40,999 bases of DNA, taken from the UHGV virus genome UHGV-1366019, one strand, 5' to 3'. This DNA is from a virus. Positions 34,439 through 40,999 of the stretch are shown here, one piece after another. The position numbers and the translations under genes are program-made. Each line of letters starts with the position of its first letter. Position 1 is the first letter of the stretch. Below the pieces are notes generated by a model, which did no database searches, was not told where the DNA came from, and worked only from the letters and a program-made list of their open reading frames with translations.

Positions 34439-34657
34439 ATGAAATTAAGAGATATGATTGACACAGTTAGCAATAACCTAAAAATCACACTGGTTTTCCA
34501 AACAAGAGAACCATTAAGTTTTGAGTATGAATCACGTGGACGATACATTGAGTATGGACCAGCATATAAAACATTAATCAAATATCTTGACAATGAAGTG
34601 ATTGGAATGTATATTATAAGTGACAAACATATTCAATTATTAATTAAGGAGGATTAG
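34439..34657 (+). CDS. hypothetical protein (72 aa)
   Basis: RBS aaggagga. Confidence 0.55.
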   Translation: MKLRDMIDTVSNNLKITLVFQTREPLSFEYESRGRYIEYGPAYKTLIKYLDNEVIGMYIISDKHIQLLIKED

Positions 34658-34659
34658 TA

Positions 34660-34872
34660 ATGAAATACACATGGACAGAGAAAGGAACACGATTCAACAA
34701 TAAGGACTATCATTTCACTATGGAATATGAAGAAGTATACGGTTGTGTTTCAGTAACTTGTACCTATGGTTCATATTCAACTAGAGTGTTATTCTCACCA
34801 GATGCAGAACAATATATCTATGAATCACTTGACGAAATGAAAGAACTATTATATAATAAGTCATACATTTAA
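34660..34872 (+). CDS. hypothetical protein, paralog of 33714..33938
   Basis: See 33714. Confidence 0.6.
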   Translation: MKYTWTEKGTRFNNKDYHFTMEYEEVYGCVSVTCTYGSYSTRVLFSPDAEQYIYESLDEMKELLYNKSYI

Positions 34873-34884
34873 GGAGGACCAATA

Positions 34885-35265
34885 ATGATTAAACGTAAAG
34901 TTAGAATTTTTACAAGAGATGATTTATTCCAAGACTTCCTAGACACAATGGAAGATGGCACAACCATTGCTCACTATTCAGTTAGTAAAGATGGTGTGCA
35001 TTACATTATCACAGAACGCAAGATGTCAGAGAGTGAAGCTAATGAATTTAGGAAGAAACAACTTGAAAAGCAAATTAAAGAATGTAACGAACGTTGGGAA
35101 CGCAGAATAAAGAATTGTGAAAAACTAATACATGAGTATAACGTAGTACTAAACTATGAGGTGGCTAACTTGTATATGCAACGTAGAGAAGATTTGATTG
35201 AAGGATATAACAAAGAACAAAGAAAATTGACAAAAGCACTTGACAATTTAAAATATTCATTGTAA
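34885..35265 (+). CDS. hypothetical protein (126 aa, coiled-coil C-terminus)
   Basis: RBS taaggagga. Confidence 0.6.
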   Translation: MIKRKVRIFTRDDLFQDFLDTMEDGTTIAHYSVSKDGVHYIITERKMSESEANEFRKKQLEKQIKECNERWERRIKNCEKLIHEYNVVLNYEVANLYMQRREDLIEGYNKEQRKLTKALDNLKYSL

Positions 35266-35291
35266 GATGGTTTCATAAGGAGGAAAACAAG

Positions 35292-35492
35292 ATGAACAAA
35301 CTACCACAAGAGGTTAAACTAAAGATACTAATTGACGACTTAAACATTGAATGTACAACAGTAGTAATGCAACTACGTAACCCACATATTACAATAGCTG
35401 AAATGAAACGATTAGAAGGTAGATATGAAGAAGCAATTAGAAAAAGAGAATTAGCATATTTAGAGTTATACAACCTAAAGGAGGAAAAGTAA
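35292..35492 (+). CDS. hypothetical protein (66 aa)
   Basis: RBS aaggagga. Confidence 0.55.
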   Translation: MNKLPQEVKLKILIDDLNIECTTVVMQLRNPHITIAEMKRLEGRYEEAIRKRELAYLELYNLKEEK

Positions 35493-35493
35493 C

Positions 35494-35868
35494 ATGCCAT
35501 TAAAAATAAAATGCTCATATGTAGCAGATGGAGAACCATTCACATTAGGAAGAACATATACTATTTATTGCGAAAGCGCAAGTACTGGCCTGTATTACAT
35601 TAAAGATGATTTAGGCTTCAATCTACCATATAGACATGTTGACGATATGCCAGTAATTGACGGACTACTAAGAAATTTAAACGACTTTTGGTATTCACAT
35701 TTTACAACATGTGTTACATTAGAAGAAGAACCAGAAAAAGATATTAAAAAAGAAGTACACGAATTACTTGACAAAGCAACTGAATTAATTTACAATAATC
35801 AAGAAGAATTAAAAATTAGCTTTGATGACTTTATCACAATAGTTAGAATTAAGGAGGAAACCAAATGA
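35494..35868 (+). CDS. hypothetical protein with KC(S/T)-x-FT-x-GK-x-Y module
   Basis: N-terminal domain shares the module found in 36270 and, three times over, in 37207. Confidence 0.6.
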   Translation: MPLKIKCSYVADGEPFTLGRTYTIYCESASTGLYYIKDDLGFNLPYRHVDDMPVIDGLLRNLNDFWYSHFTTCVTLEEEPEKDIKKEVHELLDKATELIYNNQEELKISFDDFITIVRIKEETK

Positions 35869-36071
35869 TTGACAAAATTATACGTTTTATGATAGTAGCA
35901 TGGTTAATTTTTAGTGTATTGACCATATTGGTTTTACCATTAATGATTCTAAAGATAGCTGTAACTTTTGTATCTATATTATACATTATTTATGGTATCT
36001 ATTCTATGATTCTACTTATTGTAATGTTGATTGATGTTTGCTATCTGATACTATTTGAAGATATTATATAA
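35865..36071 (+). CDS. small membrane protein (68 aa)
   Basis: Two hydrophobic helices. RBS aaggagga. Confidence 0.55.
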   Translation: MIDKIIRFMIVAWLIFSVLTILVLPLMILKIAVTFVSILYIIYGIYSMILLIVMLIDVCYLILFEDII

Positions 36072-36083
36072 GGAGGACATAAA

Positions 36084-36269
36084 ATGAAAAGAGTATATAT
36101 TGCTATTGATGGTGAAACAGATACAACTTTAATAGTTGGTTTCTCAAAAACAACTGTACTTGAAGAATTATTTCAGATTGATGTATATTTTCCAAGCAAA
36201 TACGAGTTTTTATCACGTTGGCATGAACGATATACACTTGAGGTATGGAATGTAAAGGAGGAAGAATAA
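36084..36269 (+). CDS. hypothetical protein (61 aa)
   Basis: RBS taaggagga. Confidence 0.5.
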   Translation: MKRVYIAIDGETDTTLIVGFSKTTVLEELFQIDVYFPSKYEFLSRWHERYTLEVWNVKEEE

Positions 36270-36680
36270 ATGACAGAAACTATACAAAGAAAAATGAAAT
36301 GCACAAAAGCAGACCCACAAGAACCGTTTTTCACAGAAGGTAAAGAGTATGACATTATTAAAAACGAACGTGGATTCACTATAATTGACAATGACAATGA
36401 ACAGGTAGACTGCGGACCAAACGTATTTGAATTAGAAAACAACTTAAATGAATTTTGGGATTCAAAATTTAAGCTGGTCAATATTGATGAACGAACTAAG
36501 ATTAGAAGCGTATTCCAACGAACACTTGTTCAATACAATAAGGATATTGCATATCTTGAAAACTCTATAAGAAGAAACAAAAGTAATATATCAGAAACAC
36601 AACTGGCAGTAATAAGAGTACAACGTGAAGCAATCCAAGAATTATACAATGAAGTATTTAAGGAGGAATTAGAATGTTAG
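36270..36680 (+). CDS. hypothetical protein with KCT-x-FT-x-GK-x-Y module
   Basis: MKCTKADPQEPFFTEGKEYDII...IIDNDN. Confidence 0.6.
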   Translation: MTETIQRKMKCTKADPQEPFFTEGKEYDIIKNERGFTIIDNDNEQVDCGPNVFELENNLNEFWDSKFKLVNIDERTKIRSVFQRTLVQYNKDIAYLENSIRRNKSNISETQLAVIRVQREAIQELYNEVFKEELEC

Positions 36681-37009
36681 TATTAAAAAAGAAATATGAT
36701 AAGCTGGTACATGATTACAACTTTTTAGTAGACATTAAAAATGATTGGAAAGATTCTTACAATCAAAGTCAATCAAAAGTAGGTAGGTTAGAACAGCAAT
36801 GTAATAGACTTTATAAAGAACTTGACAAAGCAGATGATGCGGTTGTAGAATTAAATTTTAAATGTGAAACAGAGGAAAAATATAAAGATATGTGGTTTCA
36901 AAGATTTATCAAAACAAAAGAAGAATTAGATATAGTTGACCGCATTGTTTTACAATATGAACAACGAATTAACGAATTGGAGGAAAAGTTAAATGAAACA
37001 ACTATTTAA
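36674..37009 (+). CDS. hypothetical coiled-coil protein (111 aa)
   Basis: C-terminus ...QRINELEEKLNETTI. Its 3' end shares a 24-nt repeat with 1264..1287. Confidence 0.55.
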   Translation: MLVLKKKYDKLVHDYNFLVDIKNDWKDSYNQSQSKVGRLEQQCNRLYKELDKADDAVVELNFKCETEEKYKDMWFQRFIKTKEELDIVDRIVLQYEQRINELEEKLNETTI

Positions 37010-37220
37010 AGACAATTTCACTATTGAACAGATTAGAGATATTATAGGTGGTTGGGACAACGAGGGTATTTTATACGGCTGGGAAAATGGCGAAGCTAGT
37101 GAAGTTCAGATATTATTAGACAAACACGGTTACAACACGGATAGTATTAAAGTAATGAGAAAAGCATTTGAAACACTAGACTTAATAGCATGGGAGGAAC
37201 GAGCATATGAAGTATACTGA
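36993..37220 (+). CDS. hypothetical protein (75 aa)
   Basis: RBS ttggaggaaaa. Confidence 0.55.
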   Translation: MKQLFKDNFTIEQIRDIIGGWDNEGILYGWENGEASEVQILLDKHGYNTDSIKVMRKAFETLDLIAWEERAYEVY

Positions 37221-38037
37221 AAAAGACATTAAAGACGGTATGAAACTACGTTGCACCAAGGCAACACCTAAATGGTGGACTGTAGGAAAAATCTATGATG
37301 TTACATTAAATGATGATGGTATTTTACAAATTACAGACGATAACGGTCACGGCGCATATACTGATTACATGTTATACTGTTTAAACGGAAACCACAACCC
37401 AGTAGCATTTGAAATTGTAGAGGAGGAAAAAGAAATGACAAAATATGTAGAGGTAACAAAATTAATTGATTGGTCACGTGACCCAGAACTATTAGAAGTT
37501 GGTAAAGTGTACAAAGTAGACGTAGAGTATAAAGAATCATTATATATCAACGGTGTATCAATTTATGTTAATGAAAATGAACCATCATATTACTTACGTT
37601 CAGACCAATTCAAATATGTTGAACAAAACGAGGAGGAAAAAGAAGTGACAAAATATAAATATGCTAAAATTACAAAATACACTGGTTTCAATGGTATTGA
37701 CAAACAAAATGGTTTAGAAATTGGTAAAACCTATAAAATTGTATCATATGACGATGTTTTCAGTGATGACTGCCGTATTTATTTGAACGAAGAACACCCA
37801 AGTTATTTCATTTCAGAAACACAATATGAATTAGTAGAAAAAGAAGAAGCGCCTACCTTGAAAGCAAATGTGACTGTAGATGTAAAAGAAGTTATCCAAG
37901 CTAAAGTTGATGAACTTAGAAATGAAGCAGAACACTTATTCAAAAAACGTGACCGTTTGGAGCAACACGGAATTAACTTAAACAAAAAGGCACAAAAACT
38001 TAAAGAAGTTATTGAAACTATCAAAGAATTTGAATAA
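37207..38037 (+). CDS. hypothetical protein made of three tandem copies of a ~70-80 aa module
   Basis: Module copies begin near residues 1, 78 and 148. Internal in-frame GAGGAGGAAAAAGAA(A/G)TG sequences at 37420 and 37631. Confidence 0.6.
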   Translation: MKYTEKDIKDGMKLRCTKATPKWWTVGKIYDVTLNDDGILQITDDNGHGAYTDYMLYCLNGNHNPVAFEIVEEEKEMTKYVEVTKLIDWSRDPELLEVGKVYKVDVEYKESLYINGVSIYVNENEPSYYLRSDQFKYVEQNEEEKEVTKYKYAKITKYTGFNGIDKQNGLEIGKTYKIVSYDDVFSDDCRIYLNEEHPSYFISETQYELVEKEEAPTLKANVTVDVKEVIQAKVDELRNEAEHLFKKRDRLEQHGINLNKKAQKLKEVIETIKEFE

Positions 38038-38042
38038 AACAC

Positions 38043-38082
38043 TTGACACCTACTATATCTGATGGTATAGTAGGTGTATAAG
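38043..38082 (+). promoter_or_regulatory. promoter TTGACA-N17-TATAGT with 9-bp palindrome cctactata/tatagtagg
   Basis: Near-duplicate of the promoter/operator at 4259. Confidence 0.5.
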
Positions 38083-38103
38083 ATAACTAAGGAGGAAAAG
38101 AAC

Positions 38104-38181
38104 ATGGCAGTATTTGGTTTAGTATTTGTAACAATTGGAATCTGGGGTACTTACAACATTATCAAGTATATTGAGGAGTAG
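38104..38181 (+). CDS. tiny hydrophobic peptide (25 aa)
   Basis: RBS taaggaggaaaa 6 nt before the ATG. MAVFGLVFVTIGIWGTYNIIKYIEE. Confidence 0.3.
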   Translation: MAVFGLVFVTIGIWGTYNIIKYIEE

Positions 38182-38192
38182 GAGGAACAAGA

Positions 38193-38417
38193 ATGCCAGT
38201 AAAAACAAACTACTATATTTGTCTAACAAATAATGAACTTTTCACATTATATACAGAAACACCAATTCTTGTAATGTATGAAAAAGCAGTTGAAAATGAT
38301 GAAAAGTTATTGAAATTGGAAAAACCAGAAGTAATTGAAATTGATGGTGAAATGCAAGACACATTTATCACAATTCCACTTGATTCAATCTTATATGTAT
38401 TGGAGGACGCTAAGTAA
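38193..38417 (+). CDS. hypothetical protein (74 aa)
   Basis: RBS aggaggaa. Confidence 0.55.
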   Translation: MPVKTNYYICLTNNELFTLYTETPILVMYEKAVENDEKLLKLEKPEVIEIDGEMQDTFITIPLDSILYVLEDAK

Positions 38418-38638
38418 TGAAGAAAGATGTAGGTACATTTTGGAAATTTGAAAATGATTCATGGTACTTTTTTATTATTGGTAGTTTTGAAGATGAAGTT
38501 AGTGTATGCGCAATTGACACTTCAAATAATCAAATTAGTTTTATGATGATGAAACACGAACAAACAGTATATTTTGTACCAAGTGATAATTTTGAAATGA
38601 ATAACTATCTAATTGAGGTGATGGGAAAACATGAGTGA
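38417..38638 (+). CDS. hypothetical protein (73 aa)
   Basis: ATGA-type overlap with its neighbour. Confidence 0.5.
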   Translation: MKKDVGTFWKFENDSWYFFIIGSFEDEVSVCAIDTSNNQISFMMMKHEQTVYFVPSDNFEMNNYLIEVMGKHE

Positions 38639-38849
38639 TTCAGTGAAAGTGATTGGCTCAATTTGGGCTTCAACTGATGGTCTAAATATTTACAGAATTG
38701 ACAAGATAGACACACGTGGTTATTTTATTACATTATTAGACAATGAAATACACATGGTTTCTAAAGCATGGATACACAAGCAAGCTACAATGTGTGACAT
38801 GAAAGCAACTAAAGCACAAAAACAACAATTTGAGGAGGAAACAAAATGA
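38631..38849 (+). CDS. hypothetical protein (72 aa)
   Basis: Overlaps its neighbours. Confidence 0.5.
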   Translation: MSDSVKVIGSIWASTDGLNIYRIDKIDTRGYFITLLDNEIHMVSKAWIHKQATMCDMKATKAQKQQFEEETK

Positions 38850-39085
38850 GAGTTGACATGTACACAGAACGTCACTATGAATTTGAAGAGCCATACAATG
38901 GAGCTACAGTAACCATTACATTAAAGAATGGTGTGCCACAAATGTATGAATATGAATATAAAGATGTACACAACACTTTAGCATATAAATTCACTTGGCT
39001 ATACAATGTCAAGTATATTGGAGATATTGTAAATGTATGGAATGAAAAACGATTATTGAAAAAATTAGATGAGGTGGAAAAATGA
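38846..39085 (+). CDS. hypothetical protein (79 aa)
   Basis: RBS gaggaggaa. Confidence 0.55.
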   Translation: MRVDMYTERHYEFEEPYNGATVTITLKNGVPQMYEYEYKDVHNTLAYKFTWLYNVKYIGDIVNVWNEKRLLKKLDEVEK

Positions 39086-39273
39086 GTAAATATGAAGCAT
39101 TTATGATGGCATGTATCACAGTAGCCATGTTAATAGTATCTGGTCTAATACTATTTTGTATCATAATGATTTTATCTTTTATGAAACCAATTGGTTGGAT
39201 TGCACTAGGTATCGTTGCACTAGTAACATTAGTGTTATGGGCTGGTATATACCAATACGACAAACATTTTTAA
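39082..39273 (+). CDS. small membrane protein (63 aa, 2 TM)
   Basis: Hydrophobic helices. Confidence 0.5.
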   Translation: MSKYEAFMMACITVAMLIVSGLILFCIIMILSFMKPIGWIALGIVALVTLVLWAGIYQYDKHF

Positions 39274-39313
39274 AATTAAATATGCTATGATAAGGGAGAA
39301 AGTTAAATAAAAC

Positions 39314-39345
39314 AGTTGACTTTCTCTTTTTTAGATGGTATATTA
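39314..39345 (+). promoter_or_regulatory. promoter TTGACT-N17-TATATT upstream of the primase-helicase gene
   Basis: Paralogous to the promoter that spans the window ends. Confidence 0.45.
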
Positions 39346-39374
39346 ATGGCATAAGATATTTAGGAGGAATAACA

Positions 39375-40961
39375 ATGGTAAATGAATTACAAAAAGTTGA
39401 ATATGACCAACCAGTTGAATTAAGTTTTATCAGCACGCTTGAAAAGACTTTGACACCTAGCAAGCAATATATCAAAGCACTAAAGGAATATGAAAAGAAT
39501 CACAAGGAGTGGGAAGTAGACTTCAAAAATGGAGATGTTGCTAAGAATGCAGAACCACAACGACCAGAACCAACCTATGATGGCTTAAACGCAGAAGCCT
39601 TAGCCGTTCACATGGCTAAGGTATTACCAGTACATGCCAGCTCTACAATTGGCTTACCAGTGGTTTATAATCATGACACAAAAATCTATGAGGTGTCAGA
39701 GGATAATTTAGAAGCTCGTTTATGGCAAAAGCTTTATAATGAGTTCATGATGGTATACACACCACATTATGCAGAAAATGCAAAGGTTGCTAACCAATTT
39801 AGAAATGCAGTTCAAAGAATGGCAAAAAATGCACTTGCTTCTGGTGCTAACTTGCCGTTTAATGACAAAATGGACCCAAACAAAATAGCTTTTAAAAATG
39901 GCACATATCGTTTTAAAGAGGACACATTAAAACCAACGGTAAAAGAGGACTACCAAACAACAAGAATTGAATATGATTATATTGAGAAACCTAAACACAA
40001 TATCGTTGCTGAATGGATTGAGTATATTTTAGAAGAAGATGCAAAAACGCTATTTCAATTGATTGGACGTATTTTTTACCGCAACCAAGACCCGCAAGCA
40101 ATGGTATTTGCAACTGGTGAAGGTAGTAACGGTAAATCTCACGTTATGGCGTTTATTGAGGACCTAGTAGGTAAATCAAACACAAGTCATGCGACACTAG
40201 CTAGCTTGTCAGGTAATAATGACAAATTCGCAAGCTCTCAATTATTTGGTAAAATGGTAAATATTGAAACGGACATGCCAGCGCAACACATTAAGCAAAC
40301 AGGTACACTGAAAACTCTATCAGGTAATGATGTTATGAGTGCAGAGTATAAAGGTATTAACAAGTTTACATTTACGAACTACGCACTAATGATTTTCACA
40401 ACTAATAACATGCCTACTTTTTCAGACACTTCACATGGTTTCTTGCGCCGTATTATCACATTGCCATTTAACAAGACTATGGGTAGAGATAACCCAACTG
40501 ATTCAATGTGGTTAGAACGTTCAAAGAACTTCACATATGAAGAAAAATCAGAGTTTATCAGCTACTGTCTGCAACAATATAGAAATGTATTATTTGGGCT
40601 AAATGGAGAAACAAAAGGGCAGTTCTGGACCAGTGAGAATGCAAATAAATTACGTGACGCATTTATCCAAGGAAATGACACAATGGCTAACTTTATTGAA
40701 TTGAACGAACTTGAATTTACAAACAATATTGATGATGTAATTCCAAATACAGAATTATTAGAAGCATATAACACTATGTTACGTGAAGAGAATCTAATGG
40801 AAGTATCAGCCAAGAAGTTCATTCCAGAATTGAAACGTAAAGCACAATCAGAAAACATTATTCTTAGTGTAATCACTAAGCGTGTTGATGGAAGAGTACA
40901 ACGTTGTACAACTAACGTGAGATGGAAAACAAATACTTCTGAAACAGATAATATTTTTTAA
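39375..40961 (+). CDS. D5/P4-family primase-helicase (SF3 NTPase C-terminal domain)
   Basis: Walker A GEGSNGKS, Walker B region MIFTTNN, D5_N-like middle region. 528 aa. Confidence 0.75.
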   Translation: MVNELQKVEYDQPVELSFISTLEKTLTPSKQYIKALKEYEKNHKEWEVDFKNGDVAKNAEPQRPEPTYDGLNAEALAVHMAKVLPVHASSTIGLPVVYNHDTKIYEVSEDNLEARLWQKLYNEFMMVYTPHYAENAKVANQFRNAVQRMAKNALASGANLPFNDKMDPNKIAFKNGTYRFKEDTLKPTVKEDYQTTRIEYDYIEKPKHNIVAEWIEYILEEDAKTLFQLIGRIFYRNQDPQAMVFATGEGSNGKSHVMAFIEDLVGKSNTSHATLASLSGNNDKFASSQLFGKMVNIETDMPAQHIKQTGTLKTLSGNDVMSAEYKGINKFTFTNYALMIFTTNNMPTFSDTSHGFLRRIITLPFNKTMGRDNPTDSMWLERSKNFTYEEKSEFISYCLQQYRNVLFGLNGETKGQFWTSENANKLRDAFIQGNDTMANFIELNELEFTNNIDDVIPNTELLEAYNTMLREENLMEVSAKKFIPELKRKAQSENIILSVITKRVDGRVQRCTTNVRWKTNTSETDNIF

Positions 40962-40975
40962 AATAATTTTGAAGA

Positions 40976-40999
40976 AAGTTGACTAAAACAGTTGACTTT
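40976..40999 (+). promoter_or_regulatory. 5' half of a promoter (tandem TTGACT) whose -10 (TATACT) lies at window positions ~17-22
   Basis: Joining end to start gives TTGACT-N18-TATACT, about 90% identical to 39296..39345. Confidence 0.45.

Noticed and set aside
1-40999. Search for a lysogeny module (tyrosine or serine integrase, CI/Cro, attP).
   Set aside because: No ORF has integrase motifs or a size above 300 aa outside the annotated replication and structural genes, and no HTH repressor was recognised. Hence the virulent call; the 96-bp repeats are not claimed as att sites.

Overview
The window reads as a complete or near-complete ~41 kb dsDNA genome of a siphovirus from a low-GC Gram-positive host. 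Coding density is very high, nearly every gene has a GGAGG-type Shine-Dalgarno sequence, and no integrase or CI-like repressor is visible, so it is probably a virulent phage. The host is not determinable from the sequence; an endolysin with an N-terminal signal peptide is compatible with Enterococcus or lactic acid bacteria (low confidence). There are three transcriptional blocks. (1) Positions 1-12969 on the + strand hold early and replication genes. These include a VRR-NUC nuclease, two HNH homing-type endonucleases, an SNF2-like helicase, a PrimPol/PriCT primase, a DUF3310-like protein, an MBL-fold hydrolase, a protein ending in an SSB-like DDDLPF tail, a family-B DNA polymerase with a 3'-5' exonuclease domain, and an NrdH-like glutaredoxin. 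(2) Positions 13059-33221 on the - strand hold the late genes. In transcription order these are two small proteins, HNH, a small ORF, TerS (P27 family), TerL, a small membrane protein, portal, HK97-type prohead protease, major capsid protein, an Ig/FN3-like small protein, connector, head-closure protein, gp10-like protein, tail completion protein, major tail protein, G/GT chaperones, a tape measure with a lytic transglycosylase domain, a long evolved Dit, Tal/fibre, then an XhlA-like/holin/endolysin lysis cassette. (3) Positions 33714-40961 on the + strand hold about 25 small unknown genes plus a D5/P4-type primase-helicase. The two ends of the window join to form a single promoter, so the record is a circular representation cut inside an intergenic region. 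The feature I rate highest is a ~70-nt conserved block that follows the stop codons of both the capsid and the major tail genes. Both stops lie in a CCC-UAG context, and the +1 frame stays open for exactly 21 codons in both copies. Other notable features are ~96-bp direct repeats flanking the lysis cassette, an iteron-rich AT-rich intergenic region, repeated terminator-promoter modules, operator-like palindromes in early promoters, and an internally triplicated gene.
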